Shown one piece after another: positions 47,583 to 56,037 of a DNA stretch of 64,000 nt. The translations under genes and the position numbers were made by a program. The notes beneath the pieces are model-generated. The model did not search any database and was not told the origin of the DNA. It saw only the letters and a program-made list of their open reading frames with translations. Origin of the DNA: Candidatus Doudnabacteria bacterium (GTDB lineage Bacteria; Patescibacteriota; Doudnabacteria; UBA920); contig CAWINB010000004.1 of assembly GCA_963837465.1 (NCBI GenBank), forward strand, positions 586,853 to 650,852, written 5' to 3'. The number at the start of each line of letters is the position of its first letter. Position 1 is the stretch's first letter.

Positions 47583-47677
47583 ACAATCTATTTCCTCTAT
47601 TTCAATTTATCTCCATGTGTTTCCCGTTTCTTGGAAATAAGGTTGAAACAAAGCTGAAATAAATGGAAATATATCGC

Positions 47678-48397
47678 ATGTCCCGAGAATCCCATTACAC
47701 CGCCATCATTTTAAAAAAACAACCCTTTGCTGAGGCGGATGAGATTATCACTTTTTTTACCAAAGAGCAGGGCAAGGTCCGGGCGCTGGCTAAGTCCGTA
47801 AAACTGGCCAAGTCAAAGCTACAGTCAAGATTGCAGGCTTTGTTTTTGGTGGAAATAACCCTGGCCGGCGGCAAGCTGCCAAAAATTACTGCCGTGGAAA
47901 CGCTGAAGGTGTTTGAAAGCGTCAGGCAAAACCTGGCCGCCGTGAAAATGGCTTTTTACGCTTCGGAGCTGGTTTTAAAATTCACGCCGGACGGGCAAAA
48001 AAATGAACAGCTGTTTAGTTTGCTGGAAAATTTTTTTGACGTCCTGAATTTTGCCCAAACCCCGGCCGCTTTGGATGCGGCCTTGGCCAAGTTTAAAATC
48101 GGAATTTTGGATGCCGTGGGCTTGGGTATCCAGGCTGTGTTTGCCGCCCGCCCATCCCAATTATATTTTAGCCCGGCTTCCGGCGGCTTTAGGTCTGTAC
48201 AAACTGTTGATGCCGTCGCGGTTAACTTTTCAAGTTACCAGGCATTTTCAAACCTAAAATCTGCTGGCTTTAAAAACTTGCCCAAATTAAACAATAATAT
48301 AGCCGAGCTTCAACACCTCCTGTCGCGATTTATAGAATACCAGCTGGAGCGCGAGGTTAAATCGGAAAAATACCTTAATAATGGCGATATGTTATAA
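47678..48397 (+). CDS. recO: DNA repair protein RecO
   Basis: AIILKKQPFAEADEIITFFTKEQGKVRALAKSV OB-fold N-terminus. Confidence 0.92.
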   Translation: MSRESHYTAIILKKQPFAEADEIITFFTKEQGKVRALAKSVKLAKSKLQSRLQALFLVEITLAGGKLPKITAVETLKVFESVRQNLAAVKMAFYASELVLKFTPDGQKNEQLFSLLENFFDVLNFAQTPAALDAALAKFKIGILDAVGLGIQAVFAARPSQLYFSPASGGFRSVQTVDAVAVNFSSYQAFSNLKSAGFKNLPKLNNNIAELQHLLSRFIEYQLEREVKSEKYLNNGDML

Positions 48398-48403
48398 TAT
48401 AAT

Positions 48404-48494
48404 CAGGACTTACGCTTTCGGGGTTTATATTACGGCTTTTTTAAAAGCCGATTGGACAATACCCAAAACGATATTATCAAAAGCGTAAGTTTTG
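48404..48494. repeat. About 90-bp MITE-like element with CAGGACTTACGC ends
   Basis: CAGGACTTACGCTTT / AAAGCGTAAGTTTTG inverted ends, intergenic. Confidence 0.55.
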
Positions 48495-48519
48495 ATAATT
48501 ATAATTCTCCAATTTTAAA

Positions 48520-50364
48520 ATGCCAGAACAAACCGATATCGGGTCGCCGCAAAATCCAGAAAGTTCGGATTTTGTAAAAAAACCGATCGAAACTCCAATT
48601 TTGGATTCCGACGTAAAAAATCACCTTGCCTCCATGGGGCAAAGCCGCGGCGGCTTTAAAGGTTTTTACCGTTCCAATAAGCTTTATTTTTGGGCGATTT
48701 TGGCGGCGGCGGTAGTTATAGGACTCTTGTCTTATTTTGCCTTTAAAAAATCACCCCAAGCCGCGCCCAAAGAAGCCAATATTGCCATTTCCGTGGATGT
48801 GCCGCCCACCGCGCAAAGCGGCGGCCAGGCGGTTTACCAGATTACCATACAGAACAATGACACTCAAAAGTTGGTGGACATGCAATTGGAGCTGGCTTAT
48901 CCGGACGGCGAAACCTACCAGAGCAGCAGCCCCAACGCCCAAAACCTTTCCGGTACTTTGTTCGCGGTGCCGGATTTGATTCCCGGACAAAACGCCACGG
49001 TATTTTTAAAGACCGCGGTTACCGGCAACGTTAACGACCAGGAAACCCTGGACATTAAACTTCATTACAGCTACAGCAATTTTAATTCCGAATTTGTTAA
49101 GGAGCAGACTTCCACCATCCGTTTGGTGGCTTCCAATATTAATTTAACTCTCCAGGGACCATCTGATACCAGCAACGCGCAGCTGGTAATTTACACAATT
49201 AATTACCAAAATAATTCTTCCAATGCTATTTCCGGCGCCCGCGTGCAAATGGATTACCCGGACGGTTTTGTGTTTGCCGCGGCCACACCGCCGCCGGATT
49301 TGGGATCTAACAGTTGGGACATAGCCAGTCTTGCCAAAGGCGGCAGCGGGCAAATCCAGGTGCAGGGGACTTTTTCTTCGGCCAATCCCGGTGACAGCAA
49401 AACGGCCACCGCCGAGTTTTTAATCCTGGCTCCGGACGGCAGTTTTTATACCCAAAACAGCGCCAGCCTGACCACGTCTATTGCCAGTTTGCCTTTACTG
49501 GTTACCCAGGCTCTTAATCCCGCAAACACCATCGGCGTGGTTAATCCCGGCGATACTTTGAACTTTAATATTACCTACCAAAATAACTCCAGTGTCGCGG
49601 CCACGGGCGTAAATGTGGAAGTGGATTTAAATTCCAAAGCCATAAATCCTTCCACCATAAGCGCCCAGGGCGCCCAAATTAATAACGATACAATTATCTG
49701 GAATGCCGCGGCCGTGCCCCAGTTGGCCAGTCTTTTGCCCAACCAATCGGGCCAGTTGTCGTTTAGCGTAAAGGTTAATAATCCTGCCACTAAAGACGCG
49801 TCTACCAATTTAACGGTGGTATCAAATATTAAAATCCAGTCAAACGAATACACCACGGCTTTTCCCGGCAACCAGCTGACTTTGCAAATTTCCAGCCCTG
49901 CCAGCATCAACACCAACGTAACTTATGTCTCGGGCGCTTTGCCGCCGCAAGTCGGCAAGAATACGATTTACCAAATAACCTTGTCGCTGGCCAATTCCAG
50001 CAATTCTTTTTCCAGCGGCGTGCTGACCGCGTTTTTACCCTCCGCCAGTTTTATAGTCGGCAGTGTTTCCAGCGCCGAAACCGCCGGCACCCAGTTTGAT
50101 CCTTCCACATCTATGTTGACCTGGAATTTCGGCAGCCTGTCGGCCAACACCGGCCGTTTTGGGCCGCCGCGGATTTTAAGTTTTGACGTTACTTTAAACC
50201 CGGCATCTTCCGCCGCCGGCCAAGCCCCAACCCTGCTTAAAACCATTGCTGTTACGGCTACTGACCTGTTCACCAACCAACCCGTAACCCTAACCGCCCC
50301 CGACATCCTAACCTCCGACCTTCAAACCCAAAACGGTTTTGGGGATGGGGTGGTACAGCAGTAG
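48520..50364 (+). CDS. Membrane-anchored surface protein with repeated DUF11-like Ig domains
   Basis: TM then repeated Y.I.Y.N modules with W....L..G..G.I; beta-rich. Confidence 0.8.
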   Translation: MPEQTDIGSPQNPESSDFVKKPIETPILDSDVKNHLASMGQSRGGFKGFYRSNKLYFWAILAAAVVIGLLSYFAFKKSPQAAPKEANIAISVDVPPTAQSGGQAVYQITIQNNDTQKLVDMQLELAYPDGETYQSSSPNAQNLSGTLFAVPDLIPGQNATVFLKTAVTGNVNDQETLDIKLHYSYSNFNSEFVKEQTSTIRLVASNINLTLQGPSDTSNAQLVIYTINYQNNSSNAISGARVQMDYPDGFVFAAATPPPDLGSNSWDIASLAKGGSGQIQVQGTFSSANPGDSKTATAEFLILAPDGSFYTQNSASLTTSIASLPLLVTQALNPANTIGVVNPGDTLNFNITYQNNSSVAATGVNVEVDLNSKAINPSTISAQGAQINNDTIIWNAAAVPQLASLLPNQSGQLSFSVKVNNPATKDASTNLTVVSNIKIQSNEYTTAFPGNQLTLQISSPASINTNVTYVSGALPPQVGKNTIYQITLSLANSSNSFSSGVLTAFLPSASFIVGSVSSAETAGTQFDPSTSMLTWNFGSLSANTGRFGPPRILSFDVTLNPASSAAGQAPTLLKTIAVTATDLFTNQPVTLTAPDILTSDLQTQNGFGDGVVQQ

Positions 50365-50386
50365 TTTCTAACAAATAAGAAGAATC

Positions 50387-50818
50387 ATGACTCAGGAAAT
50401 CCTCGACTACATAAAAAGCCAACGAGTAGGTGTTCTGTCCCTTGAAATGCTTGATGGTTCGCCCCATGCTTCAACGGTGCATTTTGCGAACTCCGAAAGC
50501 CCGTTAATATTTTTATTTGAAACGTATCGTCAATACCGTAAATGCGAAACTTTATTCGGGAGAAAAATAAGCCGCGCCTCTATGGTAATTGGATCGGATG
50601 AAAGTAATATGAAAACATTGCAGATGGACGGAGAAGCAAGGCTCACGCATGAAGAAGAAAAAGAAAAATTATTCTCAAAAATTTATTTGGAAAAATTTCC
50701 TGAAAAAAAAGAAAAATCCAAAGACCCTAAAGTTGTGTCGTTCCTGTTTATTCCAAAATGGTGGCGTTTTACAGACTGGACGAAACCGGAAGGAAAGTTT
50801 ATTTTAACCTCGAAATAA
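50387..50818 (+). CDS. Pyridoxamine 5'-phosphate oxidase-like FMN-binding protein
   Basis: VGVLS....DGSPHASTVHF, T....RK, TLQMDGEA. Confidence 0.8.
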   Translation: MTQEILDYIKSQRVGVLSLEMLDGSPHASTVHFANSESPLIFLFETYRQYRKCETLFGRKISRASMVIGSDESNMKTLQMDGEARLTHEEEKEKLFSKIYLEKFPEKKEKSKDPKVVSFLFIPKWWRFTDWTKPEGKFILTSK

Positions 50819-50824
50819 TTTTAC

Positions 50825-50849
50825 AGTGTCAAGGGTCATCCTTGACACT
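50825..50849. repeat. 25-bp REP-like palindrome, copy 4
   Basis: AGTGTCAAGGGTCATCCTTGACACT (one mismatch) between convergent genes. Confidence 0.88.
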
Positions 50850-50863
50850 GAGTTAGATAAAAC

Positions 50864-50889
50864 TAAAAACCATCCTCGGATGGTTTTTT
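50864..50889. terminator. Bidirectional intrinsic terminator
   Basis: AAAAACCATCC-TC-GGATGGTTTTTT. Confidence 0.7.
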
Positions 50890-50920
50890 AAATTCCTAAT
50901 TCCTGCTTCCTAATTCCATC

Positions 50921-52261
50921 TTACGGATAAATATATCCGCGAATCGCAGAGCTGTGGATGGAGAGGGTGCGTTCGTCTACGCGGTTAAAGTGGTCGTAAT
51001 TCATTTCGGAAACTGTGATGGTGCCGTCGCCGTTAACGGACTGTACATAAGCCACGTGGCCGTAGCGGCCGTAACCGTAACCGCTAAAGACCACGGCAGA
51101 GCGCACGGCCGGCTGCTGGCCGGTAACGTAGCCGGAAGCCCTGGCGTTGGCCAGCCAGTTTTTGGCGTTGCCGCCGAAAGTAATTTTCATTTGACTCGCT
51201 ACGTAATAAGTACAGTAACCTACCGGGAAGTAGTGGTCCGTATCGTCATAGCCGGAACTGACGCTGGTTACATTATTGCCGCTATTATCAGCGCCTGGGG
51301 ATTTATGCTTGCTTGGAGGAGGTGTTGGCGCGGCAGGCGGTGTAGCCACCACGCCGCCGGGGATGATTAAAAAGTCGCCGGGGTTGATGTCTTCGGCGCT
51401 GTCCAGGCCGTTGTAGGAAATAATCGCGGCCAAAAGCTGAGCGGCGCTGTTTTGCCGCACCGTCGCGTCCGGATTATACCGCTCGGGGCTGTATTCAACC
51501 GCCAAATCCGGCAGAGTGGTGTTGGCATTGGCCGTAACAGCCACGCCGTCCACCGGCGGAATGACCAAATCCCAACCGGGTTTCAGGTTATCCGAAGTTA
51601 GGGAAGGGTTGCTCCAGCGGATGCTGTCGGCCGAAACTCCGTTGGCCGCCGCGATGGATTGTATGGTATCGCCGGCCGCAGTAGTATAGATTTTTTTTAC
51701 GGCTTGGTTGACGAGTCCCTGTATGCTGTCGGGGTTCGGAGCCAGAATGCTGTTGTCGTCGCTCATAACCAGGCTGCTGCCGTCGTTTTGGGAGGCTGTA
51801 TTGCCGCTGTTTCCGCCATCGTCACTTAAGTTTTGCCCGTCAAGACCGGTAAAATCATCAGCCTGGGCTTCGGGCACGAAACTGTTCTCTCCGGAAACCA
51901 CCGTAACAATACTGCTGTTTTTGTCGTAAAGCCGCGGGTTAAGGTTTTGGTGGTTGCCTACAAAATCCCCGGCCAGGCTTAAATCCTGAAAGTTTTTGCC
52001 GCTGCTGCCGGCAAAGAAAAAAATGTTCAATCCGGCCACCATAACTGCCAGCAGAACCACCAAAAGCTCCCCGGAAAATTTAAGCAGAAAATCCATCCAG
52101 TCCATTGGGTTTAGGTGGATGGCGGCAAAGCTGTCTAAGTGAAGCTTTTTTAAGTTTGGCGCTCTCTTTTTTATTTGGAATAAGAGCTTTTTGATATAGT
52201 ATTGAAGCAGGAAAGCTATTTTGGAGCCGAACTTCTTAAGCTCCAAAAACCGGATTTTCAT
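50921..52261 (-). CDS. LysM + CHAP domain peptidoglycan hydrolase
   Basis: YTTAAGDTIQSIA LysM; GYCTYYV, GNAKNW, YGHVAYV, VSEMNY CHAP motifs. Confidence 0.92.
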   Translation of the reverse strand: MKIRFLELKKFGSKIAFLLQYYIKKLLFQIKKRAPNLKKLHLDSFAAIHLNPMDWMDFLLKFSGELLVVLLAVMVAGLNIFFFAGSSGKNFQDLSLAGDFVGNHQNLNPRLYDKNSSIVTVVSGENSFVPEAQADDFTGLDGQNLSDDGGNSGNTASQNDGSSLVMSDDNSILAPNPDSIQGLVNQAVKKIYTTAAGDTIQSIAAANGVSADSIRWSNPSLTSDNLKPGWDLVIPPVDGVAVTANANTTLPDLAVEYSPERYNPDATVRQNSAAQLLAAIISYNGLDSAEDINPGDFLIIPGGVVATPPAAPTPPPSKHKSPGADNSGNNVTSVSSGYDDTDHYFPVGYCTYYVASQMKITFGGNAKNWLANARASGYVTGQQPAVRSAVVFSGYGYGRYGHVAYVQSVNGDGTITVSEMNYDHFNRVDERTLSIHSSAIRGYIYP

Positions 52262-52544
52262 TTTTTGAATGGCAAACCCCTTATCTCTGAAGTTGGATAC
52301 CGGCTTTACAACCGCAATCAGTAAATTAACGCAAGTAACCCAAAAGCAGAGTTAATATTTTTTTAATATGACAAAATTAATTTTAGCAGGCTATGGTTCG
52401 GGGAGCAAGGATTTTAATCCACAGTTAATCCACTTTTTGTTTTATATAAGGGAGATTTTATTGTATGGGTTTTAAAAATGGGGAGAATTGGGGGGGGGTG
52501 TTTAAGCATGGGTGATTATCCTCTAACAGCGTATATATTATCTA

Positions 52545-52707
52545 AGAAGCTGTTTAAAAAGTCATTTGGGCCGCAATTCCAGAATGTTTGGCGCCTTGCC
52601 GGAAAAAATTTTTCCGCTTAGCTTTAGGCTAAACGTCAAAATTTGTTTCCGTCAATCCGCGCAAAATTCTGTAATTTCTCCTACAAAGCACTTTTTAAAC
52701 ATCTTCT
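52545..52707. mobile_element. Second about 160-bp MITE of the AGARSCTGTTTAAAAA family
   Basis: AGAAGCTGTTTAAAAAGTCATTTGGGCCGCAATT...CAAAGCACTTTTTAAACATCTTCT; ends match 41972-42132. Confidence 0.7.
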
Positions 52708-52837
52708 AAGTAGATGCTGTCAAGGGATAATCGCCAAAGCATGGAAGCATATAGCATATAAGCATCTTCGAGGCCGCGTTACGCTTAAATATTTAAATGC
52801 TTACATGATTAAATGATTCATGTGTTAAAATGACTAA

Positions 52838-54985
52838 ATGGATTTATCTTCCCTTAATAAAAAACAGCAGGAGGCTGTCACGGCCCCGCTCGGTCCCGTG
52901 CTGGTTTTAGCCGGCCCGGGCAGCGGCAAAACCAAAACATTAAGCCACCGCATAGCTTATATTATAGAGAACAAAATGGCGGCTCCCGCCAGCATTTTGG
53001 CCTTAACCTTTACCAACAAGGCTTCCAAGCAAATGAGGGAACGGGTTGGCGTGCTTTTGGCCCGCTACAAATCCGCGGCAGAACAGCTGACTATGGGCAC
53101 GTTCCATTCCGTTTGCGCCAAAATCCTGCGCCACGAAATAGCCCGTCTCGGTTATTCTTCTGATTTTGTGATTTTTGATACCGAAGACCAGCACAAAGTT
53201 TTGCGCGAGATTTTGGAGGACCTGCGCGTAGACAACAAAAAAATGCCCATACCGCTTTTTGGCGCGCTTATTTCCCGCGCCAAAAACCTGCTGCAGCTGC
53301 CATCGGAACTGGACTTGGGCCTGGAAGGGCCGATAAATGAACGCCTGTCCGAAGTTTACGCCCGCTACCAGGACAGTCTCTATAAACAAAATGCCCTGGA
53401 TTTTGACGACCTGCTGATGCTGACCGTAAAAATTTACGAGAATTTTCCGCCGGTTTTGCAAAAATACCAGAAAAAATTCAGTTATATATTGGTGGATGAA
53501 TACCAGGATACCAACCTGGCCCAATACCGACTGCTGCAATTATTGGCCGCGCGCAGGAACCTGTTTGTAGTCGGCGACGATGCCCAGAGCATTTACAAGT
53601 TCCGCGGCAGCGACATTACCAACATCTTAAATTTTGAAAAAGATTATCCGGAAAGCCTGGTTGTCAAACTGGAACAGAATTACCGTTCCACCAAAAATAT
53701 CCTGGAAGCGGCGCAAAAAGTAATTGAGCTTAATCCCGAACAAAAATTCAAAACCCTGTGGACGGAAAATCCGCGGGGGGAAAAAATCATATTAACCTGC
53801 GAACAGGATGAGCGCGCCGAGGCCGAGTTTGTGGCGCGCAATATAGTTAAGTTGGCCTCCAATGAACCGGCAGGGGAGCTGGAGTACGAGGCGGAGGTTC
53901 AGGATAATGCCAAGCCCGTTTTTTCCATTTTGGACCGTTTTATTAAAGCCAAAAGAATACAGGCGCAGTACACGTCGTCTTTTGGCCGTGGCCTATTACC
54001 CCAACTTCCCAAAAAGCATGAAAGCCTAAAAGAGTTTTGCGTGCTTTACCGCACCCACGCGCAATCGCGCAACATTGAAGAAGCCTTAATTGAAGCCTCT
54101 ATTCCGTACCAAATTGTTGGAGGTTTAAAATTTTACGAACGCAAGGAAATTAAAGATGTCCTGGCCTACTTGCGCCTGACCATAAACTTCCGCGACCTGG
54201 TTTCGCTTAAACGGGTGATTAACGAACCGCCGCGGGGCATTGGCGATAAATCTTACAGCATCATCCGTGAACACATGCTTAATTTGGGAGAGCGCGATAA
54301 GGAAATATCCATTAAAGATTTTAGGGTCGGTTTTGCCGGGATAAAAATCCAGCCCAAGGCTTGGCAGGCAGCCCAGGATTTTTTCCTCCTGATTGAGGAA
54401 TTTTCGGGCTTCAGCGAAAAGTTCGCTTTGCCGGAACTGATGCGGCTGATAGTCAAAAAAACCGGCTACGAAAAATATTCGCGCGATGGCAGCGAAAAAG
54501 GCGAATCGCGCCATGAAAACGTCCAGGAGCTGATTAACGTGGCCCACAAGTACCACAACTTGCCCTGGCGCGAGGCTTTGCGGGAATTTTTGGAAGAAGT
54601 CGCTTTGATTTCCGAACTTGACCAGAAAGACGAGGGTAAGGACGCCGTAACTTTGATGACTTTGCACAGCGCCAAGGGTCTTGAGTTTGACAATGTTTTT
54701 TTTGTGGGGCTGGAAGAAGGCATATTGCCGCATTCCCGAAGTTTAATGGACCCGGCGGAACTGGCGGAAGAAGTCCGCCTGGCTTACGTAGGCTTGACCC
54801 GCGCCCGCAAACGCCTGTTTTTGGTTTACACCCACAGCCGCCGGGTTTTTGGCAACGTGCAAATTAACCAGCCGTCGCGCATTTTAAAAGTCTTGCCCAA
54901 AGCGCAGGTGGATTATCGGGGGATGGCCAAGGAACATTTTAAGGATGAGGAGGGAGAGTTGGTGGTGGAGAAGTTGGATTTTTAA
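52838..54985 (+). CDS. pcrA: ATP-dependent DNA helicase PcrA/UvrD
   Basis: AGPGSGKT, TFTNKA, VDEYQDTN, VGDDAQSIY.FRG, QNYRST, TLHSAKGLEF, RLAYVGLTRA. Confidence 0.95.
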   Translation: MDLSSLNKKQQEAVTAPLGPVLVLAGPGSGKTKTLSHRIAYIIENKMAAPASILALTFTNKASKQMRERVGVLLARYKSAAEQLTMGTFHSVCAKILRHEIARLGYSSDFVIFDTEDQHKVLREILEDLRVDNKKMPIPLFGALISRAKNLLQLPSELDLGLEGPINERLSEVYARYQDSLYKQNALDFDDLLMLTVKIYENFPPVLQKYQKKFSYILVDEYQDTNLAQYRLLQLLAARRNLFVVGDDAQSIYKFRGSDITNILNFEKDYPESLVVKLEQNYRSTKNILEAAQKVIELNPEQKFKTLWTENPRGEKIILTCEQDERAEAEFVARNIVKLASNEPAGELEYEAEVQDNAKPVFSILDRFIKAKRIQAQYTSSFGRGLLPQLPKKHESLKEFCVLYRTHAQSRNIEEALIEASIPYQIVGGLKFYERKEIKDVLAYLRLTINFRDLVSLKRVINEPPRGIGDKSYSIIREHMLNLGERDKEISIKDFRVGFAGIKIQPKAWQAAQDFFLLIEEFSGFSEKFALPELMRLIVKKTGYEKYSRDGSEKGESRHENVQELINVAHKYHNLPWREALREFLEEVALISELDQKDEGKDAVTLMTLHSAKGLEFDNVFFVGLEEGILPHSRSLMDPAELAEEVRLAYVGLTRARKRLFLVYTHSRRVFGNVQINQPSRILKVLPKAQVDYRGMAKEHFKDEEGELVVEKLDF

Positions 54986-54986
54986 T

Positions 54987-55070
54987 AGTTTACGAAGTAC
55001 GAACAGGTACGAACTTACGAATCAATGACGCATCGTTTCGTAAGTTCGTAAAGCTTCGTACTTCGTAAAC
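54987..55070. repeat. Inverted cluster of TACGAA short repeats
   Basis: TTTACGAAGTACGAAC...TACGAA followed by mirror TTCGTA copies. Confidence 0.75.
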
Positions 55071-55084
55071 TCATTGGTTAACTT

Positions 55085-55981
55085 ATGGACACAGAGCAGC
55101 TCAAAAACCTGTTAAGGAGCTATGGCCTAAAGCCCAATTTTACCTATGGGCAGAATTTTTTAATCGATGATTTTGTTTTGCGGGATATCGCGGACGCGGC
55201 GGAAATAACATCAAGCGACAGGGTTTTGGAAATCGGGCCGGGCATTGGCAATTTAACCCGCCTGTTGTGCGAGCGCGCCGGATTTGTTTTAAGCATTGAA
55301 AAAGACCCAAAATTTTTCCCTGTCCTTAAGGCGCTAAAAAAGGATTTCCCCAAAAACTTCCGTTTTGAAATCGCCGACGCGCTGGAATTTAATTTCCAGG
55401 ATGTGTTGCGTAGCGTGCCCATAAATGGGCACGCTGCACTTCGAGCGCAACTAACCCCTAACCCCTATACCCTAACCCCTGGTTACAAAGTTGTCGCCAA
55501 CATCCCGTACTACATCACCGGAAAAATTTTGCAAATGTTAATGACCGCGAAATTTAAACCAAGCTCAATAACTATATTGACCCAAAAAGAAGTCGCGTAT
55601 AATTTGGCGGCGCAGGCGGGCAAGCTGGGCATACTGGCAATTTCCGTACAGCTGTTCGGCCGGCCAAAATTAATACAAACGGTTTTGGCCAGAAGTTTTT
55701 ATCCCGCTCCCAAAGTTGACAGCGCCATTGTAAAAATAGATTTGTACAGGGAGCCAAAATATAAAATCACCGACGAAAAAAGATTTTTTAAAATTGTTAA
55801 AGCCTGCTTCTCCGGCAAACGAAAACAAATCCACAACACCCTGGTTAACAACCTGCATTTGGAAAAAATCCGCGCGATGGATGTTTTAGCCGAGTTAAAA
55901 ATAAATCCCGCGGCAAGACCGCAGGAGTTGACGATAGAGCAATGGGTAACATTAACAGATAAAATTTCAAATTTCAAATGA
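55085..55981 (+). CDS. rsmA: 16S rRNA m6(2)A1518/1519 dimethyltransferase
   Basis: GQNFL, LEIGPGIG, VVANIPY, FYPAPKVDSA, RPQEL. Confidence 0.96.
   Translation: MDTEQLKNLLRSYGLKPNFTYGQNFLIDDFVLRDIADAAEITSSDRVLEIGPGIGNLTRLLCERAGFVLSIEKDPKFFPVLKALKKDFPKNFRFEIADALEFNFQDVLRSVPINGHAALRAQLTPNPYTLTPGYKVVANIPYYITGKILQMLMTAKFKPSSITILTQKEVAYNLAAQAGKLGILAISVQLFGRPKLIQTVLARSFYPAPKVDSAIVKIDLYREPKYKITDEKRFFKIVKACFSGKRKQIHNTLVNNLHLEKIRAMDVLAELKINPAARPQELTIEQWVTLTDKISNFK
55405..55480. repeat. GTAG-type REP palindrome plus TAACCCC heptamers in frame inside rsmA
   Basis: GTAGCGTGCCCATAAATGGGCACGCTGC followed by CTAACCC-like heptamers; encodes RSVPINGHAALRAQLTPNPYTLTP. Confidence 0.82.
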
Positions 55982-56037
55982 ATGACTTAATTTAAAAATC
56001 AGGATTTTATTTGAAATTTGAAATTTGAAATTTGTAA

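Noticed and set aside
1966-50849. 25-bp palindromes as CRISPR repeats
   Set aside because: Copies are kilobases apart with no regular spacers and no cas genes
52490-52498. G9 tract as a phase-variable promoter switch for the LysM-CHAP gene
   Set aside because: About 230 bp from the start codon and not clearly between -35 and -10 boxes
53855-54030. Intein in PcrA
   Set aside because: Too short; no N-terminal Cys/Ser block or C-terminal HN motif
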